A stretch of DNA of 64,000 nt from a virus (taxonomy: Duplodnaviria; Caudoviricetes): positions 1,939 through 65,938 of the IMG/VR virus record IMGVR_UViG_3300018080_000020; one strand, given 5' to 3'. The translations under genes were made by a program, and so were the position numbers. Every line of letters begins with the position of its first letter. The stretch's first letter is position 1. Under the pieces are notes generated by a model, which made no database searches, was not told where the DNA came from, and saw only the letters and a list, made by a program, of their open reading frames with translations. Shown in pieces: positions 46,270 to 57,296 of the stretch.

Positions 46270-49200
46270 TTATTTTTTCCTCAAGTTCAGTTAATCGTTT
46301 AGCTACAGTTTGCACACTGTCTTCATGCTTATTATCTAATTGTCTTACACATCCCCAAAGATGTGATATGACAGCACTAAGAGAAAGAAATGGTTTACCA
46401 TCAGGGTCTATCAAATTCTCACCCTTTTTTTCTACATTTATACCCTTATCTTTTTGTGGTTTTCCAGTACGTCTTGCTTTAGAAATAAGGAAGTCAGGTA
46501 ATGTATCATCGTCAATTATTTCAAGACCATTATAGTCACACCTATTTCCACTGCCTTTTATCTTATGTAGTTCTGCAAGATCGTCATACTCATCAAGATG
46601 ATAGTAATCAGCGATTGTATTTATATCATTAAAATGACCATCACCCCAATAGTAACTTGCTCTACCTACATCCTGATCACCATGTGTATTTGGCATCAGT
46701 GTTGGCTCTGTTGTATACTGATTTGTATACGTTAAGAAATAAAGATCACTATTATCGTGTAGGTTAAAACCAGCCCTAACAGAAGTAGAATCTGACATAG
46801 CTGAAGTAACAGCGTATCCATAAGAGTCATTCTTAGCACCAATCTGTCCTCTGGTTTCACCCCAAAGATAAATATAACTAAACCTCATTGAATCTGTTCC
46901 AAAATATATTGTACAATCACCATCTGTTGTTGGGTTTAGAGAAAATGTTGATCCTGCAGCGTTTAATCCAACCTGAATATTTGTACCACTTCCAGTGAAA
47001 TTAAGAAGGCCCGGATTAGAGTTATCACCAACAAGTTGAATATCAGCACCAGCAACAACCTTCATATTTCCTGATGCTGCAATTTCTAAAGCATCTGTTG
47101 TGTTAATCTTAACCTTTCCAGAAGAAATTGTCAGTGTACCAAAATCAGTTCCCTTTAACTGTGTTGCTGTTATTGTTCCTGAGGCAATCTCAGCAGCCGT
47201 GATTGTAGTAGCAGCTATCTGATCAGCAGTAATAGTGTTTGCAGCAATAGCTGAAGCAGTGACTGTGTTTGCATAAATATCACCACCATCAATCTTTGTG
47301 TAGTCGCTTGAGTGTGCCCAACCAGCTACATAACCTGCTGTCACATTTTCACTACCAACCTTTGCACCAGATCCAATTGTAAGCGTTGAGGTTCCAGCAG
47401 CCCACTGGAGTGGGCCAGATGCACCACCAAGATAAAAATTACCAGAACTGTCTATGTATGTTTTCCAGTTAGAAGAGTCAAAGTAGCCCATGTAATCAGC
47501 ACCTAAGTATAAACCAGCACCTGATGGTGCTGCATTACCATTGATTAAACCTGCAGTAACATCAGCACCGTCTTCCGGTTTATTTGTTCCTACAACTGAC
47601 TCCCAAGATCTATATGCTGATTCGTTCCCTGATGGGTTACGGTATAAGGCATCAACTTCAGTTGCTGTTAATGCTCTACTATACATTCTGAACTCATCCA
47701 AGCCTCCATCAAAGTACTCAGAAGTAGCATCACCAATACGTAAAGTAGCAGCAGCAGCAACATAAGTACCTGTACCAGAACCTACCTGTTCACCGTTCAA
47801 ATAAATATAACACTGTTGATTATCATAAGTAACAACAATATGGTTCCATGCATCTTGTGTAAGTGCTGTATCCGATGTAACAGAAAGTGTTCCACCAGAT
47901 TGATCAGTCCAAAACATAGGGTAACCAGTACTATTAAAACCAAACCTCCAACCACTGGTATTATATACTTCCCTCTTTGCTATACCCCTTCTCCATGAAG
48001 CCGTTATATCGTCTGGTTCAACCCAAACAGAAATACTGAACGTTCCGTTATTTGTGAATGATAAACTTGAATCATTACCACACTCAACATATTCACTATT
48101 TCCAGCATTAAAGTTTAAACCACCACCTGATACTCCGTAACTCCAAGTAGGTGTATTATAGAGTGTACCATTATTGTCAGAATCACCAGTTGCATTTATA
48201 GTTTCAGTTCCAGAGCCTTCTTCAAAAGGCCAATATCCAACAAGACTACCATCATCAGGCACTATTGGCCTATTTGCAACTTCTCCCCAAATTTGGTTAG
48301 CGTTAAGTATAGCAGAAGTATCCCCAATATGTGATACAACAATCTCTCCTGCCTTAATGTGGGCTGACTCAATAGCATCCGCTACAATGTGTCTGGCAAG
48401 AATAGTGCCATCAACTACAAGGTTACCATCGATACCAACTACAGAAGTACCATCAACCTCACCCTCCATTAGTATTCCGAATCGTTCCCAGTATGTTGTG
48501 TTTGGTGGCTCATCATCAGTGCTTTCAGCTATACAGCGATACTTTCTAAGTGATTCACCGTCAGTAACAGCCACAGTATCACCAACACTATATGTAACTG
48601 ATGAATCCCAAGCCGGAGGATTTTCTCCTGCAAGTGCACGAATAATTCCATCAATCGTTTCACCAACAGAGTCTTGACCATATACTAAATATCCACCGAC
48701 AGTGTCTGGGTTTGGCTCCCATGTAGAATACTTAAAACCATACGATACTGACCTTACCCAGTAGTAGTAGTCTACACTGAACATTACACCATAGATCATT
48801 ATATCACTCTTTGGTGGTGTTACTATTGCTACACGTTCTGCTGAGTTTGGATCGTTTATAGTTGAGGCCCATACTTCAATGTAGTACACATTATCCAGTA
48901 CTGATGGATTAGTCCACTCAAGGTGGTGGAACCATGGTGCTGTTAATCCATCATTATCATATGTAACCCTATGTAAATTAGTAGGTGGTGGAGGGGAGTT
49001 GCCCCAAACATAATCACCCGGCTGAGCTACGTAGGTTGTTACAGACGTACTATCAATCTGAGTTAGTGAGTCTAAGTACTGCTCATCAAGTAAATCACCA
49101 ACAGTGACTAAACTGGTTCTACCATCCCCACGGATACCAGCAAGGTTCTCAAGAGACTCTTGTATAGCCTGTAGTGCATTCTGTACTAAGGTGTCATTTC

Positions 49201-49270
49201 CAATCTGTAGTTTTCCAATTGGAACATACCAGTCCTGATTTTCACTTGTAGGGTAAGTTGTTACTGGCAT
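46253..49270 (-). CDS. Tail fibre/spike with CBM-like and LamG domains
   Basis: YYYWVR FN3-like; WDSSVTYSVGD; LVGYWPFEEG...FDGGLDEFRMYSRAL; ITA repeats; chaperone-like C-terminus. Confidence 0.82.
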   Translation of the reverse strand: MPVTTYPTSENQDWYVPIGKLQIGNDTLVQNALQAIQESLENLAGIRGDGRTSLVTVGDLLDEQYLDSLTQIDSTSVTTYVAQPGDYVWGNSPPPPTNLHRVTYDNDGLTAPWFHHLEWTNPSVLDNVYYIEVWASTINDPNSAERVAIVTPPKSDIMIYGVMFSVDYYYWVRSVSYGFKYSTWEPNPDTVGGYLVYGQDSVGETIDGIIRALAGENPPAWDSSVTYSVGDTVAVTDGESLRKYRCIAESTDDEPPNTTYWERFGILMEGEVDGTSVVGIDGNLVVDGTILARHIVADAIESAHIKAGEIVVSHIGDTSAILNANQIWGEVANRPIVPDDGSLVGYWPFEEGSGTETINATGDSDNNGTLYNTPTWSYGVSGGGLNFNAGNSEYVECGNDSSLSFTNNGTFSISVWVEPDDITASWRRGIAKREVYNTSGWRFGFNSTGYPMFWTDQSGGTLSVTSDTALTQDAWNHIVVTYDNQQCYIYLNGEQVGSGTGTYVAAAATLRIGDATSEYFDGGLDEFRMYSRALTATEVDALYRNPSGNESAYRSWESVVGTNKPEDGADVTAGLINGNAAPSGAGLYLGADYMGYFDSSNWKTYIDSSGNFYLGGASGPLQWAAGTSTLTIGSGAKVGSENVTAGYVAGWAHSSDYTKIDGGDIYANTVTASAIAANTITADQIAATTITAAEIASGTITATQLKGTDFGTLTISSGKVKINTTDALEIAASGNMKVVAGADIQLVGDNSNPGLLNFTGSGTNIQVGLNAAGSTFSLNPTTDGDCTIYFGTDSMRFSYIYLWGETRGQIGAKNDSYGYAVTSAMSDSTSVRAGFNLHDNSDLYFLTYTNQYTTEPTLMPNTHGDQDVGRASYYWGDGHFNDINTIADYYHLDEYDDLAELHKIKGSGNRCDYNGLEIIDDDTLPDFLISKARRTGKPQKDKGINVEKKGENLIDPDGKPFLSLSAVISHLWGCVRQLDNKHEDSVQTVAKRLTELEEKINGKKN

Positions 49271-49271
49271 A

Positions 49272-50900
49272 CTATCCCATCCTTAACATTTCTGGTGAAG
49301 CTGCAAAGAGCATACTCTCTATTGTTCTTTTTGTAGTTCCGGCTGCTGAAGCAACCTTCACATAAAAATCATGGTAACGTGATGCCCCGGGAAGACGATG
49401 CATTAGCTGATCAGCAATTGACTGTGCTGACACTGAACCACCATCACCATAAACAGTAACCGTTACGTTCCCGGTCATTGTACCTTTAAGCTTCATACAT
49501 GAGAATGAGCTTGGAAAGTCAAAGTCAAATATTTTACTCTGCCATGTATAGGCTAAGTAGTTAGTAGCATGATCATTGAACGATTCAAGATAAGCGTATG
49601 TTGTCCTGTCCATAATAAGGTGTAGCTTGTCAGTTGACTTATCAATATAACCACCTTCGACAGTTCCAGATGATCCTAAATCAAGATCGATCCATGTATC
49701 GTCTATAAACATAAATCCTGTATCAGTGCCAGACCAGAATCCAACGTACATATTATCATACCAGAATGATATAAGGTTGGCTGGTGTAAGTGCTTGCCAT
49801 GCCTCCTTAGTAATAAGGTCTGGTGTAATTAGTGATGCTGATGATGAGTCAACAAGCACTAACCCATCAGGGCTTGCATAGATAACACCAATCTGTGTTT
49901 CGATCATCGACCTTTTAGCAACACATACCTGATCAACGTTAGTTGGAATTGGGATCATATTCTCAGGTGAAGTTCCGGTAACTACATAAGTCTCAGACTC
50001 TGTACACACAACTATACTGTTGTTGTATGGCTTAATCCCAACGATGTCAGAGTCAAAGTCTATGACATACTCATCGGGCCAAGCATACACGATGTATGGT
50101 TCACAAAGGTATAGAGAGTTTCCAGAGAACCCTGCAAGCATACCGTTAGCGTACTTACAGATACCTGCAAGATCACTGGGTGGTTCATCCCAATCCTCTG
50201 ACTGTAGTGTATCATCCTCTACTTCGTTAAGGCCAACTCCTTCATCATAATCGTCATACGTTGTCTCTTGATCATCGATCTCATCAAGGTACTGATATTT
50301 AGCACCAGTCAGACCTGTATTTAAACGATAGATTCTTATAGCTGTAACGTTGTTCTTATTAGCAGCAGTAGGTGTTTCAATGTTAGATAATGATATATAT
50401 TGGTTCTCTTGTACATCCACTGCAGCAGTAGCAGGGGATGGTGCTGACTCTTCGCCCCAACCAGTAATGTATGTATAACAATAAGAAACGGTAGCACCTA
50501 TTTCTGTAGAAGAGATACCACCAATAGTGTTAAAGGTAATTGTCATTGTTTCTGTTGGGGCTACAACACCAAGCCTTCTATGATCTGATGGATATAAAGC
50601 ATCCGTATACTGCTTTGGATATGCTGCACCATCAGACACTATTAAAACTGGTGTACCGGACACATCATGCTCAACAAAGTCACAGTCGGATGTGGAGCTA
50701 AACATTTCTGTGTCTATTGGATAAGCACTTAAAGTATCCGCATCGTATGTTGTTTCTGCTTGATTGAGTGCTTTTAACGGCTGTATCTCACCAGACCTAA
50801 GATCTACGTTAGTAGCAAGAGTTGCTTGATTAGCAGCAAGTAACTTATCGGATAACTTAGGCACTCTACCTTGAAACGCTTTTAAAAGAAGTCTCTCCAT
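49272..50900 (-). CDS. Tail nozzle/stabilisation protein
   Basis: YTYITGWGEESAPSP; EPY..YAWP; YASPDGLV; YTWQSK. Confidence 0.75.
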   Translation of the reverse strand: MERLLLKAFQGRVPKLSDKLLAANQATLATNVDLRSGEIQPLKALNQAETTYDADTLSAYPIDTEMFSSTSDCDFVEHDVSGTPVLIVSDGAAYPKQYTDALYPSDHRRLGVVAPTETMTITFNTIGGISSTEIGATVSYCYTYITGWGEESAPSPATAAVDVQENQYISLSNIETPTAANKNNVTAIRIYRLNTGLTGAKYQYLDEIDDQETTYDDYDEGVGLNEVEDDTLQSEDWDEPPSDLAGICKYANGMLAGFSGNSLYLCEPYIVYAWPDEYVIDFDSDIVGIKPYNNSIVVCTESETYVVTGTSPENMIPIPTNVDQVCVAKRSMIETQIGVIYASPDGLVLVDSSSASLITPDLITKEAWQALTPANLISFWYDNMYVGFWSGTDTGFMFIDDTWIDLDLGSSGTVEGGYIDKSTDKLHLIMDRTTYAYLESFNDHATNYLAYTWQSKIFDFDFPSSFSCMKLKGTMTGNVTVTVYGDGGSVSAQSIADQLMHRLPGASRYHDFYVKVASAAGTTKRTIESMLFAASPEMLRMG

Positions 50901-50901
50901 A

Positions 50902-51555
50902 TTATTCTCCGAACCTTCTCCACTTTACCCTGTTTGGTTCATCCGTATAGTTTTGCTGTATCTTCTGCTTAGCCTGTGCCATAAAGCCTCTAAACATAAC
51001 CTCATAGTAAGAGGCCATCTTTGTGTTTGTCCATGGCTGGTTAGGCATAAGCATTAGCCTTGCCTTAGCACCTGAGGCTATAGCGTCCAGCCAGTCATAG
51101 TATATAACGTTATCAATTTCTGTGATACCGTAGGTTGGCTTATATACAACCTCTAAGTATACTTCCTCACCAGACTCAAGCTCATGTATTCTTACAGTTC
51201 CTGTATCTGGAAACGAAAAGACCTTTTGGTTCTCTTCCCTTAGATAATCCATGTAGCTTGTTTCATCCTCAAGGGATATATACTTAAGCCTCCACTCAAG
51301 ACCGTCTATCCTCAGTTCCTTAATAGCTATTACATTCTTATCAGTAACATACTGGCTTACGTCAAAGTCAACATAATCGTTAATAGAATCCTCTATGTCG
51401 CTTGAAGTAAGTGTTGTGTTAAAGCTCTTCGTAAAGATCCATGTATGTTCCGCAAAGTCAATAATAGATTGGACTACGGCTTGTTCGATAACACTGCTTG
51501 GGCAACCTATAACTTCTGGTAGTACGTGTCTTTCAAATTCACTTAGTTCAATCAT
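50902..51555 (-). CDS. Head-tail adaptor-like protein
   Basis: GAKARLMLMPNQPW; synteny. Confidence 0.65.
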   Translation of the reverse strand: MIELSEFERHVLPEVIGCPSSVIEQAVVQSIIDFAEHTWIFTKSFNTTLTSSDIEDSINDYVDFDVSQYVTDKNVIAIKELRIDGLEWRLKYISLEDETSYMDYLREENQKVFSFPDTGTVRIHELESGEEVYLEVVYKPTYGITEIDNVIYYDWLDAIASGAKARLMLMPNQPWTNTKMASYYEVMFRGFMAQAKQKIQQNYTDEPNRVKWRRFGE

Positions 51556-51565
51556 AGCTTACCCC

Positions 51566-52273
51566 TTACTCTGCACTTGTTGTTTTAGTTGTAGTAGTGG
51601 TTGCCGATCCCGGTTTCCTATATGGGTGTAGTCCTATGTTAGGATCGAATAGTTTTTCTGCCTTGTCCTGCTGTCCAAGGGATATTAAGAATGCTTGATA
51701 ATGCTGAATAGCACGTGTAGCATTAGGAGCAAAGTCAGCATCCTTTGAGTACGCACGATAAAGCATAAAGTCAATTATTGATGTTTCATAAATATCAGCA
51801 AGTCCAATATTTCCTCCTGCTGATGCTGCTGAAGGAGTATATGAGTATGCAATCTCAATATAATTGTTACCATCAGATGGTGGTGTTACAAAATATACTA
51901 ACGGATTATTTTCATCGTAAGTATAGTTATTAACATACTGTTTTGCATACTTTGTATTATGCCAGTCTGGAACGTTAGCATCAAGTATTCTTCTATCTAT
52001 AATTCTAATAGTATTACCAGCAGTTGTTCCATCAGTTCCCATATTTCTAATTACGTCTATAAGGATAAGGCCACCTGTAGGTAACGCTTGCTTTGTTCCT
52101 GCAGATAATTGTACAGCAGTAGTAGTAACGTTCGCTTCAGGTTTCTCTTTGACAATTTCTCTTTGTGCATCGTTTAACCACTTAACTAACTCAGCAGCAG
52201 CCCATCGAACATTAGTAGTATCTTGCAGTACTAATTCTACTTTATCTACAATATCATTGACAGCAACTGTCAT
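51566..52273 (-). CDS. Head-tail adaptor protein
   Basis: RW...EL..WLNDAQRE; MLYRAYSKD. Confidence 0.75.
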   Translation of the reverse strand: MTVAVNDIVDKVELVLQDTTNVRWAAAELVKWLNDAQREIVKEKPEANVTTTAVQLSAGTKQALPTGGLILIDVIRNMGTDGTTAGNTIRIIDRRILDANVPDWHNTKYAKQYVNNYTYDENNPLVYFVTPPSDGNNYIEIAYSYTPSAASAGGNIGLADIYETSIIDFMLYRAYSKDADFAPNATRAIQHYQAFLISLGQQDKAEKLFDPNIGLHPYRKPGSATTTTTKTTSAE

Positions 52274-52284
52274 AATACTTCTCC

Positions 52285-52779
52285 TTAGTAATTAAGCATC
52301 GTATAAGGAAAGCGTTGGAATGGTCTTGTAACCTGAACCATTTTTCCATTAACCTTTTTGGTCTGTGCTCTATACTCAATAGCATCCTTGATTACTGAAT
52401 CAAGTAGTACTCTTGGAATCCAAATGTCTTGTTCCTTAGGGATATAGTAGGCCTTACTATTAAGCCCAATAAATATGTAAGGAATATCATTATCAGACGT
52501 GTTATGAAACCGAACCTTAACATAACCTTGCTGACGCATGGTCTTTACAACCTCTCCATCCTCTGTTTCTTCAAGGGCCTCTTTTGCGTGTCCAAGATAA
52601 ATATCACTAATCTGTAGTGCTGTAATGGCTGTCTTTCTATCAAAGGATTCAAGGTCATAAGGTAGTGCTCGATTCTCAATTATTTCCTTAATCTGATCAT
52701 CCTTCATCTTCCAGTAATTAGGTGCATCCTTTTTGGATTCTTTTTTGCCTTCTAATACTTTATCAAATTCTTTACTCAT
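52285..52779 (-). CDS. Conserved protein downstream of the capsid gene
   Basis: FIGLN...Y.IP...RFPY; AAGGAG RBS. Confidence 0.65.
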   Translation of the reverse strand: MSKEFDKVLEGKKESKKDAPNYWKMKDDQIKEIIENRALPYDLESFDRKTAITALQISDIYLGHAKEALEETEDGEVVKTMRQQGYVKVRFHNTSDNDIPYIFIGLNSKAYYIPKEQDIWIPRVLLDSVIKDAIEYRAQTKKVNGKMVQVTRPFQRFPYTMLNY

Positions 52780-52841
52780 ATTCTCTCCTTTGGCACTGTC
52801 ACATAAAGTGGGTGTATCAAATTATCCCCATTGAAATAACC

Positions 52842-52871
52842 GGATGGAAGGTGGGGAGTTACCTTCCATCC
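52842..52871 (-). terminator. Hairpin after the major capsid gene
   Basis: Perfect 11-bp stem GGATGGAAGGT/ACCTTCCATCC. Confidence 0.6.
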
Positions 52872-52895
52872 AGTATACTAACTAACTAACGATGA

Positions 52896-53969
52896 TTATG
52901 TTTGGTCATCGTCATCCGTGCAAGCTACCTCAGCACGTGCCATCCACGCATCATTAAGTATGATGGTAGTTGTCAGGGCTTTCCATGAAACGTGTCCACG
53001 TTGGGCCAATGGGTCAGAGTCACTTGGACTTGGGTTAACAACCATAGGAACGATAGCGTCTTTACCTTTCAGGGCTACCATACCGAAAGCATCCCGGGCA
53101 AAGTAAAGAATAGGATAAACGTCAGCAACAGAGCTTGTTTCAATCACGTTAGTTCCTGAACCTGCTCCACCACCAGACCATGGTTCTATGATTGTTGATA
53201 GGACATACCTAACATCCGTAATCTTCCCAATTTCGCCTTCCCATGGAGATATGTTTCCATATTTTTCCACAGGTACAAAACCAGTACATGCACGTAAGTC
53301 ATACTCAAGATCTGGATGACATACAGCAACGAACGCAGGTGCTACAGCTTCTGTACCGTAAGAAGGTGTAGAACGAATAACTGACGTAATCGGTTTAGCA
53401 AGCTGACGCTTAAGTGTACGTGTCACTTGACGTTGAACCTTAGCAGAGAACTTTGTGTTAACAGAAGCTCTCGCTGAACCATTAGCATACACAACGTTAG
53501 TACCAGCCTTAAGTATATTGAATCGTGCCTTTTCAACAATGATGGCTGCTTGCTCACCAAGAATGTCAATGGCTTCCTTGAAGACAGGGTCTTCGTGTGT
53601 ATCCATCACAATGTCTGTGATAGTTGTAAGGTCACCATATTGTACCAGTGTAGCTTCTACGTCTGCGTGTTCCAGAGCAGTAGCTGATGGTGTTACACCT
53701 TCGCTAAGTGTCTTAGCTGTAGGATCGAATTGACTTGTTGGATCGTCAGAGAAATAATCCTTAGGATTATATACGCCTGTTCCGATCTCAGTTAGTGTTG
53801 TGTCCAAAAAGTATCTACGGAACTTGATAGTCTTTGAACTGTTAGATGGAAGAGGTTTGGATTGACCAAACTTTTCCAAGATTAGATAAGGCATACCTCT
53901 TTTCAGAAGTTCCTTTACTGCGAAAGCAGCAGTACGTGGAGAAATATCTCCGTATGTAGTAGTACCCAT
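52896..53969 (-). CDS. Major capsid protein (N4-gp56-like family)
   Basis: YGDISPRTAA; TIKFRRY; EGVTP; QYG; GEIG...RY; DPLAQRG..SWK. Confidence 0.92.
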   Translation of the reverse strand: MGTTTYGDISPRTAAFAVKELLKRGMPYLILEKFGQSKPLPSNSSKTIKFRRYFLDTTLTEIGTGVYNPKDYFSDDPTSQFDPTAKTLSEGVTPSATALEHADVEATLVQYGDLTTITDIVMDTHEDPVFKEAIDILGEQAAIIVEKARFNILKAGTNVVYANGSARASVNTKFSAKVQRQVTRTLKRQLAKPITSVIRSTPSYGTEAVAPAFVAVCHPDLEYDLRACTGFVPVEKYGNISPWEGEIGKITDVRYVLSTIIEPWSGGGAGSGTNVIETSSVADVYPILYFARDAFGMVALKGKDAIVPMVVNPSPSDSDPLAQRGHVSWKALTTTIILNDAWMARAEVACTDDDDQT

Positions 53970-53984
53970 TATATGTTACCTCCA

Positions 53985-54986
53985 TTAACCTGTGGAGATA
54001 GCGTCTTTCCAGCCAGCGTCATAATCATCCTTATCTGCCACCTTCTTATCAGGTGGCCCGGGTGATCTGCCGGGAACAGCAACGATGTCTTTCAAGCCTT
54101 TATCTACTTCTCCAGTATCAGGTTTCTTAGTTGGCTTATTTTCAGAAGTAGGGTTGACAGCCTCTTTATAGGTGTCAAACATCTCAATAATCTCAGCTTG
54201 AGAGCCGTTCTCAACAACTTCGTTGAAAACCCTTTGCTGTAGAGGGGGAAGTGTGTCTATCCACTCTTGAAGTTTTCCAGAATCGTAAAGATTCTTCCAG
54301 TCAGGATGAGCATCGTAGACAGGTGCAAAGAACTTATCTACAGCGTCCATTTCCTGTTTCTTCTTTATATCTTCAACAGTGGGGGCAACTGCTCCTAATC
54401 GCTCGTCTGCAATTTGCTCCGCTAATTTTTTAGCCATTATAGTTAATGGCTTAACAAGTTCTGGAAACTCTTCTTGAAAGTCTTCCAGAAGTTTATCATC
54501 CTCAGAAGGAGTATCGTCATCGGACGGTTCCTTCTTTTTCGATGATTTTCTTTCTTCTGCTAACTCTTGCTCTGCTATGTTAGCACGCTCGTTAGCCTTT
54601 CGAATCCGGCCTTCCCATGAAGACATCTTGTGTTCCATCTTCTTGATTTCTTCTAAAGCTTCCTTTAGCTTTCCATCAACCTCATGGAACTTAGCCTCCC
54701 AATTAACCTCTGGCTCAGGCTCTGGTTCAGGATCTTTGTCTTTGTCAGGATCAGGCTCTGGTTCAGGATCAGGGTCTAAGTCTTCATTAGGCTCTGGATC
54801 AGGTTCCGGTTCTGGGTCAGGTTCCTGTTTAGGAGTATCCTTATCTTTAGAATCATCCTCTACAGGATCTTTTGTGGGGTTGACGTTAGGATCGTCACTT
54901 GCCACGGCTTCTTCAAAATACTTTTCAAACTCTTTATCTTCGTCTGTCTTAGGCATTACATCCTCCTTGGTGTCCTTGTAACTCAC
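53985..54986 (-). CDS. Capsid scaffolding protein with (EP/DP)n tract
   Basis: Acidic coiled coil; HPDW; directly upstream of the capsid gene; the true start may be the downstream ATG after AGGAGG. Confidence 0.8.
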   Translation of the reverse strand: MSYKDTKEDVMPKTDEDKEFEKYFEEAVASDDPNVNPTKDPVEDDSKDKDTPKQEPDPEPEPDPEPNEDLDPDPEPEPDPDKDKDPEPEPEPEVNWEAKFHEVDGKLKEALEEIKKMEHKMSSWEGRIRKANERANIAEQELAEERKSSKKKEPSDDDTPSEDDKLLEDFQEEFPELVKPLTIMAKKLAEQIADERLGAVAPTVEDIKKKQEMDAVDKFFAPVYDAHPDWKNLYDSGKLQEWIDTLPPLQQRVFNEVVENGSQAEIIEMFDTYKEAVNPTSENKPTKKPDTGEVDKGLKDIVAVPGRSPGPPDKKVADKDDYDAGWKDAISTG

Positions 54987-55012
54987 TTATAAGTCACTTG
55001 GGCCAAAAATTT

Positions 55013-55230
55013 TTAACCAAATCCTCCATCAAACTTTGAGAACTTAGTCTCACGGTTCTCTTTTAGCTTAAGAAGAAGTTTCAGAATTCTGGCCTCTCCT
55101 TGTAGCTTATATATTTCATTACCTTCCGCAACTTCAAGCTTTTCTCTCGTAGTTTTTAGAAGGTTTTCAAAGTGTGTTATGAAGAGTCCAAACGCTTTAG
55201 TATGGTACTCTTGCTGTAATCGATTACGCA
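55013..55230 (-). CDS. Small head-assembly protein between portal and scaffold (start approximate)
   Basis: IYKLQGEARIL motif. Confidence 0.55.
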
Positions 55231-57287
55231 ATTGGTTGTCCTTCCGGCATACCTGATTGTGCAGCACCTTGCTGCATTGGAGGCATACCTTGCATATGTC
55301 CACCAGATGCTGCCTTCATCCAAGCAATTGCCATTTCAAATTCACGCATTTTCTCTTCCATCATGTCTCGCTGTTTCTGTTCAATCTTAACCTGATCACG
55401 TGACTTAATAAGGTCAAGGGCATCAAGGTCAAGGTTCTTAACAACCTCACGCAGAAGGTTATCACGCTTAATGTACATCATATCAATATCGTTTGTTGTG
55501 GCTTGCAAGAACGTATTCAAGTGTTCTGACATTACTTCTTTTGCGATAAGTGATGAACTACCCTTAGCGTCAACTTCAAAGTCACCTTTTATATCTGGCT
55601 TATAATTAAACTGCATGTTCCAGAAGTAAAGCCCCTTTATGAATGGTACGGTAATACCATCGTCAAAGTTCTTTACCTGATCTTTAAGTGTTATGTTAGC
55701 AGCACTCATAAGCATCGATAGGCCTGAGGCTGTACGTTGAGCACCACCACTCTTACCCATTTGATCATTTCCGGCAAGATACCTTGGCGTTGTTGTTACT
55801 TCGTCAGCAAGGTCTACAAACATATTAACCATCAACATGAACTCCTGTGTATATGATGGTAGTGTATGTACAGTGATAGCATTCTGTTGTGCTTCAAGCC
55901 CAACACCATCCCTCTTGAATACCCGGAATGGAAATAAGTCTGTAGGATCTTCACCGGGTTCAAGTAAGTTCATGTTCGCTTCAATGATTGGCCCTGCTGA
56001 TATAGCAGCATTGTCAAGCATAGCACGAATAGCAGCATTAAGCAGTGTTTGAACATCCCTCATTATTGTTGGTATACCCTCTCCAAATATACTTGTATCA
56101 TCCTTCTCGTAGTAGTAGAAGTGATAAGGAAAGGTTACACCACGTAATGGAGACATAATTCCCTTTACTATAACATCACCGATCATCCAGATGTTAGCAG
56201 CAAATTCAAGACCAAGCTGTTCTTCTGGTATATCTATTCCAAGTGCAATTATATCCTTTGAGCTTAAGAATCCCCAGTACTCAAGGACTTCAAACTTACC
56301 AGTACGATACACAGGGCCACCAGCACCAAGCTGTTCGTGTTCTTGTGAAGACGTTGTCTCAGGGCCTGAGGCCATGGCTCGTAACTGCTCTTCGTGAGTC
56401 TTATACGATGCGTCACCTTCCGGGTAGGCTTTTAAGTAAGCGTTTATAGCATCTCCGTTGAAGTCAGACCTTAACCCTAACTCGTACAGTTGGTTACGGT
56501 TCATTGAATACCTTTGGAATATATACCTCATGTCTTCTGACTTTCTTGCAGACATGTCTGGATAAATATCCCAGATAGGCACAAACTCACAGTAAGGAAG
56601 CATTGAAGGAATCTCTACAGTTACCCAGTTTCCTTTCCCATCAGGAAACCATCTCTTAGCAATCTTTTCCTTAGCGAGTGGCCCTTTAAGAATACCAGTT
56701 CCATATATACCACCAGAGTGAATGCAGTTCCTGATAATATCACGATACGCTAACTCAGCAAGCTGGTCTTCCATTTCCTTCTGCATATTATCAGATCGTC
56801 TGTTAGCCTCATCGTTAAGTATCCTCATTATCTGCTCTTGACTTGGTAATTGTCCTGATTGTGATAGCTGTTGGATCTGTTCCATTATATTCTGTTTCAC
56901 TTCAGGAGATAGCTCTGGAATAGGAGTAGGTTGAATTCCCCAGTTTTTCTTTCCGTTAGCAGGGAATAATAGATCGGTCATTCTTGAAGTAACCGTCTTT
57001 ACCTTTGATCTCGTAAAGCTTAAGAATGCCTTAGATCTTTTTGGATGAAGCTTCGCAAGGATCTCTGGATCATACTCTCCACGGTACTGTCTAAGATCTT
57101 TAAGCCATCTATCTTCAACCAACTGTCTGTTACTTTCAGCAGTTTTAAATAGCCTGTTTAGCTTTTGTCCAAGAGGCGAACTATACTCAGAGTATACTGT
57201 ATTAACGTCAGGGCTTTTATCAGCCTCCATAGCATCATCAAAACCCTTGTTGTACTGGGCTTGTTCTTCTCTATTTGGTGTAACCAT
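55224..57287 (-). CDS. Portal protein
   Basis: YGTGILKGP; DIYPD; TASGLSMLM; synteny. Confidence 0.88.
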   Translation of the reverse strand: MVTPNREEQAQYNKGFDDAMEADKSPDVNTVYSEYSSPLGQKLNRLFKTAESNRQLVEDRWLKDLRQYRGEYDPEILAKLHPKRSKAFLSFTRSKVKTVTSRMTDLLFPANGKKNWGIQPTPIPELSPEVKQNIMEQIQQLSQSGQLPSQEQIMRILNDEANRRSDNMQKEMEDQLAELAYRDIIRNCIHSGGIYGTGILKGPLAKEKIAKRWFPDGKGNWVTVEIPSMLPYCEFVPIWDIYPDMSARKSEDMRYIFQRYSMNRNQLYELGLRSDFNGDAINAYLKAYPEGDASYKTHEEQLRAMASGPETTSSQEHEQLGAGGPVYRTGKFEVLEYWGFLSSKDIIALGIDIPEEQLGLEFAANIWMIGDVIVKGIMSPLRGVTFPYHFYYYEKDDTSIFGEGIPTIMRDVQTLLNAAIRAMLDNAAISAGPIIEANMNLLEPGEDPTDLFPFRVFKRDGVGLEAQQNAITVHTLPSYTQEFMLMVNMFVDLADEVTTTPRYLAGNDQMGKSGGAQRTASGLSMLMSAANITLKDQVKNFDDGITVPFIKGLYFWNMQFNYKPDIKGDFEVDAKGSSSLIAKEVMSEHLNTFLQATTNDIDMMYIKRDNLLREVVKNLDLDALDLIKSRDQVKIEQKQRDMMEEKMREFEMAIAWMKAASGGHMQGMPPMQQGAAQSGMPEGQPIA

Positions 57288-57296
57288 ATTTTCCCC

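Noticed and set aside
54577-54981. Ser-Gly repeat ORF on the plus strand
   Set aside because: Antisense shadow of the scaffold's Glu/Asp-Pro tract
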